A stretch of 63,194 bases of DNA, the filler included, from Welwitschia mirabilis (Eukaryota), in NCBI GenBank assembly GCA_051453625.1. It is 4 parts of one record of this genome, joined end to end, with 100 filler letters (N's around TTAATTAATTAA, not from the genome) between each part and the next. Parts side by side here need not be neighbours in the genome. Positions count along the whole stretch, not along the records: positions 14,737 to 39,730 come from JBOZIK010000001.1; positions 39,831 to 49,966 come from JBOZIK010000001.1; positions 50,067 to 63,194 come from JBOZIK010000001.1; 1 more part is not named here. One strand, 5' to 3'. Shown here one piece after another: positions 39,039-50,349 of this stretch. Under the pieces are notes generated by a model. It was not told where the DNA came from, ran no database searches, and was given only the letters and a program-made list of their open reading frames with translations. Positions within the stretch are counted from its first letter, which is position 1. Every line of letters begins with the position of its first letter. The translations under genes and the position numbers were made by a program.

Positions 39039-39252
39039 TGTTGGAATTTGACCTGATTCCCTTGGGATCTAGTGTCTTCTATTTTAGGAAGTTATTTTAA
39101 TTTCTTTTTTTTAGTTTCCAGATTTTTAGGAGATTGGGTTTCCTATTTTTAGATTGATTTGATGTTCCCTAATTTTAGGTGACTGGGTTGCTGACTTTAT
39201 GGTCAGTTTATTTTCTTTCCTAATTTGTTTGAGTACTCTCTTGTGTAAATTT

Positions 39253-39730
39253 TGTAGAGACTTTAAGTTTCAATGATGATAAAAAATGAGGTAATAGCTT
39301 GCTTCACCAAGCGTGCAAATCAAAAGCTGTGCTTCCAGGGACGTCNNNNNNNNNNNNNNNNNNNNNNNNNNNNNNNNNNNNNNNNNNNNNNNNNNNNNNN
39401 NNNNNNNNNNNNNNNNNNNNNNNNNNNNNNNNNNNNNNNNNNNNNTCGGGACGTCCGCCCTGTACATGGCCAAACATACAAGGACGTTCGGCCTGATACT
39501 CGGGACGTCCGGATCTGAACGCGGATACAATATACAGGGACGTCCGGCCTTGAACACGGACGAAATGTATGGGGACATCCGACCCTACTACTCGGGACAT
39601 CCGGCCTTGAACACGGACGAAATCTATTGGGACGTCCGACCCTGCTACTCGGGACGTCCGACCTTGAACGCGGATGAAGTATAGGGGGACCTCCGATCTT
39701 GAAACTGGAACATCCGAGATTTTGCCCAGT
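39253..39730 (+). repeat. 5' part of a SIRE-family LTR with a 57-bp (22+35) GGGACGTCC array
   Basis: TGTAGAG...GTTTCAATGATGA start motif shared with the other SIRE LTRs; units begin at 39537, 39594, 39651. Confidence 0.8.
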
Positions 39731-39830
39731 NNNNNNNNNNNNNNNNNNNNNNNNNNNNNNNNNNNNNNNNNNNNTTAATTAATTAANNNNNNNNNNNNNN
39801 NNNNNNNNNNNNNNNNNNNNNNNNNNNNNN

Positions 39831-42468
39831 ATACTGGCACACATGAGATACTTGCTGGAATCTACATGGTAAGCTAGCAAATTGGAAGCCAAAAAAATAG
39901 TGAGGCAAAACAAAGTAGCACAAGTGGCGAAGACAGATTTGGGCAAGTCTACTGGCTTGAATTTATCCTCTGAACAATTTGAAATGCTTCAACAATTGTT
40001 AAAACAGGCCAAGCTGTCCACCAGTAGTGACTCACAGGGCACTTCAAACTCAGCAGCCGCAATGGCTCACAAAGGTGACACAAGTCATTCACTATTGTCC
40101 CTTGCAAATGATAGTTGGATTGTTGATACTGGTGCCTCAGACCATATGACTAATTNNNNNNNNNNNNNNNNNNNNNNNNNNNNNNNNNNNNNNNNNNNNN
40201 NNNNNNNNNNNNNNNNNNNNNNNNNNNNNNNNNNNNNNNNNNNNNNNNNNNNNNNAGCAAGGGCAAAACAAAGTAGCAAATGGCGGAGACGGATTTAGGC
40301 AGGTCTACTGGCTTGAATTTATCATCTGAACAATTTGAAATGCTTCAACAATTGTTCAAATTGGCCAAGCTGTCAACCACTAGTGATTCACAAGGCACTT
40401 CAAACTCAGCAGCAGCAATGGCTCACAAAGGTAACACAAGTCATTCACTATTATCCCTTGCAAATGATAGTTGGATTGTTGATACCGGCGCCTCAAACCA
40501 TATGAGTAGTTCATTGTAATCTTTTAAAACATACAAGACTTGTGATTGTAATATTAATGTCTGGGTAGCCAATGGTACTATATCTTCTGCCAGCGGACAA
40601 GGAATGGTTTGTGTGTCAAATCTGTTTTTGAAGTCTGCTCTTCATGTGCCAAAATTGAAACACAATCTGTTATCTGTGAGCAAGTTGACTAAAGATATGA
40701 ATTGTAGTGTGACATTTTTTCCTTCTCACTGTGAATTTTAGGACCTGTCTTTGGGGAAGATGATTGGCAATGCTGAGGAGACAAATGGCCTTTACTATCT
40801 CTCAGAAGTTGGTGCTTCTTCTCTATCCCAGTCCTAGAATAAATCTTCTTTATCTGTTCTTTCCACGTCTAATGTTATGTTATGGAATAGGCGTTTAGGA
40901 CATCCAAATTTTTCATATTTGAAAGTCTTGTACCCTAATTTATTTATCAATAAAGAGAAAGAGATTTTTCATTGTTCAACACGGTGTTCTTGCAAAGCAA
41001 TCTGAGAACAATCATCCTATACAATCCTACAAACCTTCTAAAGCCTTTCACTTGATTCATAGTGACATATGGGGCCCTGCAAGAACTATAAGCTTGACAG
41101 GTACCGTTGGTTCATTAAATTCATTGATGACCATACCAGGGTTTGTTGGTTATACCTTATGAAAGCAAAGTCCAATGCTAGTGTAATCTTTAAACAGTTT
41201 CACAAATTTGATCAAAATGTCTTTCAAACATCCATTCAGGCTGTACGCACAGATAATGGAGGGGAATATTTCTCTTATGAATTTACTCAATACTTGGTTG
41301 ATAATGGTATCTTCCATCAAAACTCTTGTGTATACACACCACAACAAAATGGGGTAGCAGAGAGAAAAAATCGTCACCTCTTAGAAGTTGCCCGTTCAAT
41401 GATGTTCTCTAGCTTAGTTTCAAATGGCTATTAGGGGGAAGCTATCCTTATAGCTGCATACTTAATCAACTATCTACCATCCAAAATTTTGCAGTTTCAT
41501 ACACCTTTAAGTGTCCTTTTAGAGCAATTCCCTCGTATTCATATTCTTAACTCTCTTCCACCTAAAATGTTTGGGTGTGTTGCCTTTATTCATAACAATC
41601 AACCCAACCAAAACAAGCTTGAAGCCCAGGGCCTCAAGTGCATCTTTGTAGGGTATTCTCCCACTCAAAAGGTTATAAATGTTATCACCTGCANNNNNNN
41701 NNNTCTTTCTTTTCCAATGCCTCTCTTCAAGGGGAGACAAAAGTCATTGGGATACTACTATTTCTCTTCCTATTTCAGAAAATTGTGAGCCTACATCTTC
41801 TGAACCTAAAACTGAAGCCCCTAAGCCTCTTGAAACTGAAACTTTGTCTTCACCACCTATCCAAGAAGGGATGATTGAATGTGGGGAAGAACCAAATCCT
41901 GAGAAGTCAATTCTAGTTTATTCAAGAAGGCCTAAAGCTCCTCAACATTGTCAGGCATTGACTTCGAAGTTTTGCTCGGTAAGTTTTGGTAAAGGTATTG
42001 AGGATAAGTCGGAGTTTGCTAATGATTTAGATGTACCTATTGCTTTCAGAAAGGGGAAGAGATCGTGTGCTAAGTATCCTATTTCCAATTACTTAGCATA
42101 CTCGAAGTTGTCCCCCCAATTCTTGGCTTTTACCATAAAGGTTGATAGTGTGGGAATCCTAAAGAATGTGCATGAAGCTCTACAAAGCCCAAAATGAAAA
42201 GAAGCAGTCATGGAAGAGATGAAAGCTTTATGCAAAAATGAAACTTGGGACATTGTTGAGTTGCCCAAGGACAAGAAGACTATTGGTAGCAAGTGGGTTT
42301 TCACAGTAAAATACTAGGCTGATGGGAGTGTCAAGAGGTACAAGGCTCGCTTAGTGACACAAGGATATACCCAGACTTATGGGATTGACTATGAGGAAAC
42401 ATTTGCACCTGTTGCGAAATTGAATTCTATTAGAGTCCTATTGTCATTGGCAGCCAACTTGGACTGGC
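39831..42468 (+). mobile_element. Ty1/copia (Ale/Retrofit-like) internal fragment: gag end, PR, integrase, RT start
   Basis: [74 protein letters not shown]; several stops; bounded by gaps. Confidence 0.92.
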
Positions 42469-43129
42469 NNNNNNNNNNNNNNNNNNNNNNNNNNNNNNNN
42501 NNNNNNNNNNNNNNNNNNNNNNNNNNNNNNNNNNNNNNNNNNNNNNNNNNNNNNNNNNNNNNNNNNNNGCATACATACTACATACAAGGAGAAAAGACAA
42601 CATTAAAACCTCTGATATAACAAACTCTGTATTACAAACTTAATAGCGCGAAGATGAAACTTCCATAGACAAAACTAATACATGTACTAAACAGAGAACT
42701 CAGGTTCTTCTTCATAATGAACATATGGCACTCAAGGTTTTAGCCAGACAAAAAGTTCCTTGGTGAATCAAGGGTACCCATAACTCCACATAGACGAAGA
42801 TAATAGAGGTCAATGCAATAAAGCAAGTAATGAGAAAATCCAGGTATAAAACTTAATAGGAATGTAAAAATGAGAAGACAAGAAAACCTCTAAAAGAACT
42901 AACTTGGAAAACTAAATTGACCAAACCAACATGTACAAACAAGGTAAGAACACACCATCTAAGCATTCCAAATCAAAAGTAAAAATTCAGCTAAGACTTA
43001 AGTAAGAAACTTCTATAATGCTAGAAGAAAAAGATGACAAATAACATTAACTCCATTAGCGTAAAAGGAACAAACAAGCAAATCAAGATTTGAAGGAAAG
43101 ATGGAGAACAACCCACTCTTAGCAAACTC

Positions 43130-43230
43130 GAACACGACATTATCTCTAATGAGTTGGATAACTTATGCCAAACAAACTTCTCAAAAACCCAACAAATTCA
43201 GCATCTCAAGTTTGAGGGGAGCGTTAGAAG
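43130..43230 (+). mobile_element. Copia 3' end remnant with PPT
   Basis: AAGTTTGAGGGGAGCGTTAG resembles the copia LRGSV/PPT-TGTTA junction. Confidence 0.4.
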
Positions 43231-43780
43231 CATGGTTGTAAAACTCGGTCTCGGAACCAAACTCGTTTGGCTACCTAGACACAGACTCGTTAGCCAAAAT
43301 TGGCAAACTCGACGAAACTCGGCAGAAACTCAAGAAGGCCAAAAGAGTTTCGGTTTTCATAAATTTTTTCCAAAAAACAAGGGAATTGTTATGCATTTAG
43401 ATAAGGCATAGAGCATTTCTAAATATTACACAAGTGTTGGAATACACTATATTAATGAATTAATGAAAAAAAAAAGAACTATGTGAGTCAAAAACTTGAA
43501 TTGTCATTACTCATTACAAGTTACAATTATCATGATTCTTTAATTTTGGAAAACAATTACAAGTTGTAAGCATACACAATGTCACACACCTAATTACTAA
43601 AATATTGGAAAAGGTAAAGATGTTAATGAGTCATTAAATCACTGAAGTATTGTATTCTATAATAAGCCATATATCATTTATCAATATCATGATCTGATGA
43701 TCATCAATACAAATTACAAAATGTCCAAAAACTCAAAAAAGAATAAATCATGAGCAAGATTAATAACCATCTTATTCACA
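43231..43780. mobile_element. Probable DNA-transposon (hAT-like) terminal fragment
   Basis: Begins CATGGTTGTAAAACTCGG followed by about six AAACTCG-type subterminal repeats within 110 bp; opposite end not seen. Confidence 0.45.
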
Positions 43781-45562
43781 TGCTAATAGGAATTTGGTTA
43801 GAAGAGAACATATAAGGAAAAAAAGGGTGCAATAAGATAAAGGGTGAGTAATAGTAGATAAATGGATCATACGGAAACGTTGATACGTCATCTGGGTCAA
43901 TAATGAAGTATGTAATTGTGCATTTGAAAGATGATTTTGATTGCATAAGCCTTATTGTCTAAACTACAGCTCAAGCTTTTCCAAGATACATTTACAACAC
44001 CATTTTCGGTTTTCACCATAATGTGAACTCCCAAAAAAAAAACCTTGCCCTTTCAGATTTTCAAGGAAAAAAAGGACTTGCAGTGTGCTATGCCCAAATA
44101 GCATAGTAATGAGTTGAATCATCACACTTAAGTTGGTCAATGACAGGTAGATGAGTCAGATCATCATACCTGCATGAACAAGAAGATGTAACATAACAAT
44201 ATTGTGACCTTAATGGCATAAGAAAAAGTAATAGTCAAAGGGTACATACCAATAATTAGAGTGATAAAATGTCACTCAACACTATACATTCTTATACATT
44301 TTACTTACAGACATAAAATTTTTAGGAAGCATAGGAACCAACAAAACTAAAGACAAAGTAAGATGTGAGTAGGAAACAGTCCATCTGCTAATGTCATCCC
44401 TGAAGACGGCTAAACAGAAGGAAGCTGTGAGAAGAATCTAACCATGTGTTAAAATGCCTTAGAGTATAGATTCCTAGTTGACATGCAAGAAAGGAGGAGA
44501 AGGAAGAAGCCTATGGCTAAGAAGCCACTAGTTTGAAGTATTCCTCCTTGGACATGGTTGCCTGCTTAGGTTGTTTCTAAGATGCTAGTTGCTCCTGTGT
44601 GGCAAAACTGGCATTAAAGGATCCATGCAAATCCCAACACTAATCCTTTATGTCCCTGATGCCCATAGTGGTTGCACTGACACTCCCCTTGATCAGGATT
44701 TTTATCACCATGTCCTCCCCTTACATGAGGACGTCCACCTCTACCACCACGTACACCAAATCTGCAAGGTCTTCCAACTTGACACCCATGTCCACAACCA
44801 CCATGAGATGCCAAAAAGGTGTATCAGTTAATCTAAGGGTTAGATGTTTCTGACAACATGACCCTCCTAAACCTCACAAATACCTCTGACAGTGATAGGA
44901 AAAATGAACCTCCGATAATATGAGCCCTCACTAGCTTATAGTTACTCAATCCACACAAAAAATGCACCACATTAAAGTCTTATCTTTACTTTTCCATTTT
45001 TGCCACATCAGAGGAAATGGGCTAAAACATGTTTAACTCGTCAAAAGTTCTGCACATCTTTGAGTAATAATCCTCAAGATTCTTATCACCCTATTGGGCG
45101 TTAAAGAATGCCTGAGAAGTTTAGTAAACAATGGTAATGTTATTAGTATCGGAGTACAACTTATATAGATGCCCCAACACGTGCTTAGTAGTCTTCAAAA
45201 GCATTGCCCGACTACCAACTTGAGGCTCCATGGACTTCCACAACATTGTTTTGATTTCAGCACCTTCTTGCACACACTCTGAAAGCTTTGTGTCACCATC
45301 AAGGGGATCTTCAACAATGAACTTGATCCTTCCCCGTGGTGTCAAGGCCACCTCCATGCTGAGACCAAAACACATAGGTTTTCCCATTAGGTTTAAGGGA
45401 GGTCATATAAATCACTTAAAACTTTGTAGAAGTCATCAAGGATGTCTTGCTTCCACCAGAACTCATCTTCATGACCACACAAACTCAACAACAAATGGCT
45501 TTGGTGAGGAGACGTTGGAAGAAAACCTTAGATAAGACATCTAGGGTTAGAAAACTTCCAAC

Positions 45563-46464
45563 TTTTTAGACCAAACTCTAGCCTAGGGTTTTAACTATAT
45601 AGTTAACTAAAATAAATCAATTTAAGGATGTAAACATGAAAGCAATTTACAAGAGCATAAACCAAAATGAAAAATGTACCAGCAAATTAGAGTGGTTTAG
45701 CACCCAACCTTCTCCACTCTGAGAGGCAACAACTATTATCACCCTCTTAGTTCCCTTAATCTTCAACAACTAATTACAATACCCCTATCACTAGGGATAA
45801 CTTCTAGCTTTTACAGCAGGCTCAACTTAGTGAGCATTCACACATAGTACAAAAAAATGATTTGACGAGAGTGTGCTTACTCAATGCACAGAGCATCAAC
45901 TTCATGTACAAGATAAGACCCCTTTTTGAAAGAGAGTGATTTCACAGTACAACAGAAAGATAAAAAATAGATTGGAGTAGTACAATTAGTTGTGACAGGA
46001 GATTATCTGAGCCATTTGTGCATTGATTTCCTAAAACCAACGTTCATAATGGTTAGCTTTCTACTAAAATGTTCGCCTAGCCAGACCTCCTGCTCTAAAA
46101 GTCCAGACGTCCTGATTTTTGTTAAAACCAAGAGGGATCCCAAACATCCCAGTTTCTTAGGGCAGTTGTCACCACACTGATAGACTACACACAACCTGAT
46201 GTCCCGCTTTCACATGGCGAATGTCCCCATAATGATAGATTGCATATTAACCGAATGTTCCGATTTCACAAGGCGGACATCCTGGTATGTTGACCCTTCA
46301 AAATTCTCAGATTTGTTCAGTTTTAGTCAGTCTACCTAGTTCCATTGACTTTCTTTTGTTTGTAGAAAGCCTCTTGATGACGTTCTATGATTAGATTACT
46401 TGGTAGGAGCTTTAGGTTGACTACTTTGGTCTACTAGTCATCATTGAAACTCATTTCTTCAACA
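45563..46464 (-). repeat. SIRE-family solo LTR in the UTR of the Ale-like copia
   Basis: Ends TCATCATTGAAAC..TTCAACA; AGTGGTT..CTCCACTC core; degenerate GGACGTCC repeats; possible decayed TSD CCAAC/TTAAC; left boundary approximate. Confidence 0.7.
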
Positions 46465-46740
46465 TTAACAACTTCACAAGCTTCCCCAAAATACAACAAC
46501 TATCCAAGACGCCTCCTTTATTGGCTACAACAACTCATTACAACACCATAATTCTTCACCCAATCACTAGGATTTCAACGTGAAACTACCAACACAGACA
46601 AAAGCACAAAGGACAACAAGCCCTAACATCTTTTCAGTACCACCCATTGGAAGACCCTCCCAAGAAGGGAGAGAATCTAACAATAAATGATGCCCTAGAA
46701 TCAAATGCTATTTTCAAGAGCAAACCTGTCTCTAATATCA

Positions 46741-47025
46741 TGTAAAGATTTGAAAATATTGATAGTAGAGCAGAAAGGATAAGAAAGAGAGGAGAATTTG
46801 GAAAACCTTGAATGTTATTTATTCACACACTCAAGTGAGGGTATTGTTTCCTTTTTATATTAAATCATTAGGTGAACTTTACATGAGCTCCAAAACCCTA
46901 ACATCTTGGTTTGGTGAGACTTCATAACATACCATTACTTTACAACACTGACCCCCTCTAATGTATAATACATAATATGTATGTGTAACACATAACATAA
47001 CATTATCTAACTATGACATTTAACA
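46741..47025 (-). repeat. 285-bp 5' LTR of the Ale-like copia
   Basis: TGTAAA...TTAACA termini adjacent to the PBS; TATAAAAAG on minus strand near 46855. Confidence 0.7.
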
Positions 47026-49088
47026 CTTATGAGATCTCTGAAGAGGTAGGCTATGCTTTCCTTGTTACTGTTCAATGTTTCAACTGAGACATCAAGGATC
47101 CTCTGCTCCTCCAAAAGGGAAGGAGGTTCTTGCTAGTAGTCAAACAAACAGGGTAACTACTACTCTCTCAAGAAGTAAAATCAAACATAGTCCCTACATC
47201 CTCCACAAAGACATGAATTCTAAAGTGGATTAAGCATTGACATTTGGGGTTGTAGATGGATAGGAACAAGCTCTTCTTACAAACGGGGCCCTAGTTGGGG
47301 ATGATATTTCCATGAAGGCTAATTGTATTTTGAAGACCAGGAAGAAGCTCAGCTCATAAAACCCATCCTAATGAAGGTTCTAGTCAAGGGAAGCATCATC
47401 TTTAATAAACTCAAAAAATGAAAAGTAGTCTACAATGCCATAATTTCTACATCCCCTTCTGCCTAAATGGCAACCTGTTATCCATTCCATGAGGTGGATG
47501 AGGGTGGAAGTCATACCCAATGTATTCTAAATATCGACAGAAGTACATCAAGAGAGTTCCTTATCTGCCCTAAACTTAAAGAAAGGAAATAAAGAAAATG
47601 CTCAAAATGGAAATTGCAAGAGATAAAGGGCTCACCTGTAATGCTTGATGCTAGAGTCTGGGTTGTGCCTTTTAAAGTTCTTGAAGAGGACCCCATCTAC
47701 ATTAAAATGTGGCTAAGCAAGTTGGCCTTTGCTACAAAAACTCAAAAGTGAAGAAGCTGAAAAAGTTTGAAGTAGAAAAGTTCAAATGAGTAGTAAAGAA
47801 ATGGAGCTTAGTCCCCTCTTTTATAAAGCAGACCAATGGTTTTTGAGAATCACAAGGTACTTTTCCTTGGATTTTAAGCCATCTCCTCAAAAGCATGATT
47901 TAACATGATTATGACTGATAATAACCTAATTTGACTATACTTAGGAATCTTTTCAAAAGACCATTTTTTGTGCTTGGAGCCTATCAAATTTGCATGATGT
48001 CCTAGCATGAGAGTTGTACTTTCTCCTCTTTTTTCTTTCGTCCCCATGATAAATTCATAGTGAACATACAAACTACATCTTGTTAATCTCCTAATCATGT
48101 TTAAAGTGATGAATCCCTTTCCTCTTTCCTACCTTCCCTTTCTTCTTGCTCCTCTCGACTCATCTCCTCACCTAAAACCTTATCATTACTTTTTCCATCT
48201 CTTTGGAAGATGACTAGTGGGCAAGTGTTGGTCCCCAATCCATCCCCCATGAGCTAGGGACCCCTCTCTTCTAAAGGTTCCACCCTCTCCCTTTCATTTC
48301 CTTCATCCCACACTCAAATCCCTACTTTTCTAGCCTCCTCAGCTTTCTTTTGAAGTTTGAAGGCAAGCAAGGGAGAATCTAACTCGATCCCTAGGGTGTG
48401 GAAGATAGTGCCCCTTGCTTACATTCCATGCCTGCGACATGGGAGAGGGCTCTCTAAACCTCTCTCCTGACTCCCTCTAGTCCAAAAACTCTCTCCTGAC
48501 TCCCTCTCGTCCGAAAACTAATTTTGAATCACTCTCCTCAGCTTTTTTGTTGTTTGAGCCCTCAGTCAGAAAGGTTTCCCTCTTGGGTTGAGTTCCTTCC
48601 TTGTGTGTCCCACTCCATGCCTCCAGACTCCCAACTTCCCATTAGTTATTCATTTCCCTTTCTTAACTAACATCCTTCTCTCCCTCTTCCTCATTTTCAC
48701 CTTTCCCATCTCCCTTTTCCATCCTCACGCCTCTCCCCCCTTTGTCTTCCATGCCCTTCCGAGCCACCATTATACCCCACTTCCATGCCTAAGTTTCCTC
48801 TCTACCTTCATGCCTAGGGTGTGGAAGGCAGATTCCACCTTTCACCCATAGGGTGTAGAAGATAGATTCTAACTTCCACTCTTAGCCTTTTTGCTACATC
48901 CACGATTCTCTTTTGGCATCAAATAGGTAACCCATTCAGTTAATTCCCTCGCCCATACCTCTTTGTTGATCAATCATGGCTTGGACAGTCAAAACATCCC
49001 CTTTTCTCCCTTCTCCAAAGGAGACTTAGTTCTTTTCCTCCTTTTCCTCTTACCTCCTCCCTTCTCCCTCCTTTCCACCCCTTTAAAG
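47026..49088 (-). repeat. Unclassified repeat related to 37501-39038, with a decayed minus-strand ORF
   Basis: Shared TATA and ORF start (MGSSSRTL vs MASQSSRITL) and CCA(C/T)GCC/GGGTGTGGAA motifs. Confidence 0.55.
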
Positions 49089-49966
49089 TGTTATCAAAGA
49101 TACTAAATGAATAATTGACAGCCTTTAATGAATTTAAAACAAATTGCAAGAAACCAATTGAAAACACAAAAGAAGAACGCACCACAGATTTATAGTGGTT
49201 CGACACAAAAGCCTACTCCACTCTCAGGAGGCAGCAACAGCCTTCAGCCTCCTTGTTCCTGCACTCTCTAAATATCATTACACCACCCTCCAACAAGGGT
49301 CTTCAGCATGAACACAACAATTCACCAAGGTAACTTCTATTACCACTAAATGCTTATCAAGAGCTACACATATAATCTATAACAATTTGCTTTTGATGGT
49401 TGTGTGCCAATAAGGCACTGATTGTCAACACATTCTCAACACTCTAGACTTTCAACAAAGTAACTCAGTGAAGTGCAAATGAAAGAAGAGAGAAAGAGTG
49501 ACAGAATGATAGCTTAGTTAAGTACAGTCCTTTTTCAAAGCTTCAAAAATGATATCACAGGCATGTAACCAAATGATCTATTTTGTAGCTAGGTTATATA
49601 ACCTCCTTTTCTAGCTATTAGATCAAGATATAATTAGACTTGAATGATGTGCTAGAGGATATCATAGTCGTTTCTGTTGCAGCAAATATTTTGAATGATG
49701 AAGTTTCTAGCCTAAGACAACAAGATTTTCCAGATAGGGACGTCCGACCTGTCTAATTGGGACGTCCGGATTCTTATACGGTTTTTAATATAGGGACGTC
49801 TGCCCTGAGTAATCGGGACGTCCGCCCTGAGTAATTGGGACGTCCGGAGATGTACTCGGATTTCTAATATAGGGACGTCCGCCCTATTAATTTGGGACGT
49901 CCGTCCCTGCATACGGATTTTTATATAGGGACGTCCGACATGCTAAACTGGGAGGTCCGACCCTGT
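49089..49966 (-). repeat. SIRE-family LTR, cut by gap, with a GGGACGTCC array at 49735-49960
   Basis: TTTATAGTGGTTCG..GCCTACTCCACTCTCAGGAGG core shared with the other SIRE LTRs; left edge approximate. Confidence 0.75.
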
Positions 49967-50066
49967 NNNNNNNNNNNNNNNNNNNNNNNNNNNNNNNNNN
50001 NNNNNNNNNNTTAATTAATTAANNNNNNNNNNNNNNNNNNNNNNNNNNNNNNNNNNNNNNNNNNNN

Positions 50067-50349
50067 AATCTGAAGGATTGAAAATTGCATTACAGTAAAA
50101 TAAACATACCATTCTGGTGGAGGCACAAGTATCTGGGTCCAGTGCATACAACCATCCTTGTTCTTCAAACTTATGTACCATTTTGACCTCATGTCTGAAT
50201 GATTCAAAATCAATTTTTATCTCTAGAGCAAGAGGTCTCTTTGAAAATCCACCAAACCAAGCTTTTCTATGGTCAAGAGTTAGGAACCATTCTTCTTCAG
50301 ATTTTGGTTCCTTCCCTTTTCTGAAGGCAGCTAGCTTGCTTCTAACCAT
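50067..50349 (-). pseudogene. SIRE env-like/extra ORF N-terminus, runs into gap
   Basis: Homologous to 34319-34877 (KGKEP, FSKRPL, DFESFRHEV, MVxLFYCN). Confidence 0.7.

Larger units (their letters stand above)
43780..47025 (-). mobile_element. Decayed Ale-like copia: 5' LTR, PBS, UTR, gag, PR and integrase remnant; interrupted by a SIRE solo LTR
   Basis: Degenerate PBS TGATATTAGAG at 46740-46730; gag (IKTMLWKSMEP; RGGRGG..CQCNHYG..GH); integrase remnant near 43900-44030. Confidence 0.7.

Noticed and set aside
39900-40505. Apparent tandem protease duplication (also short duplicates at 14619/14736 and 18963/19099)
   Set aside because: The copies flank 100-N gaps; most simply redundant contig ends or paralogous reads.
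42569-43130. Candidate further exons of the FAA-hydrolase gene in this unique-looking stretch
   Set aside because: No FAH motifs (GKSxD, MIF, GDxIxTGTP) found in the parts I translated.
49089-49966. Treating this LTR as the 3' partner of 56462-57570
   Set aside because: The sequences are clearly diverged, there is no matching TSD, and a scaffold gap separates them.
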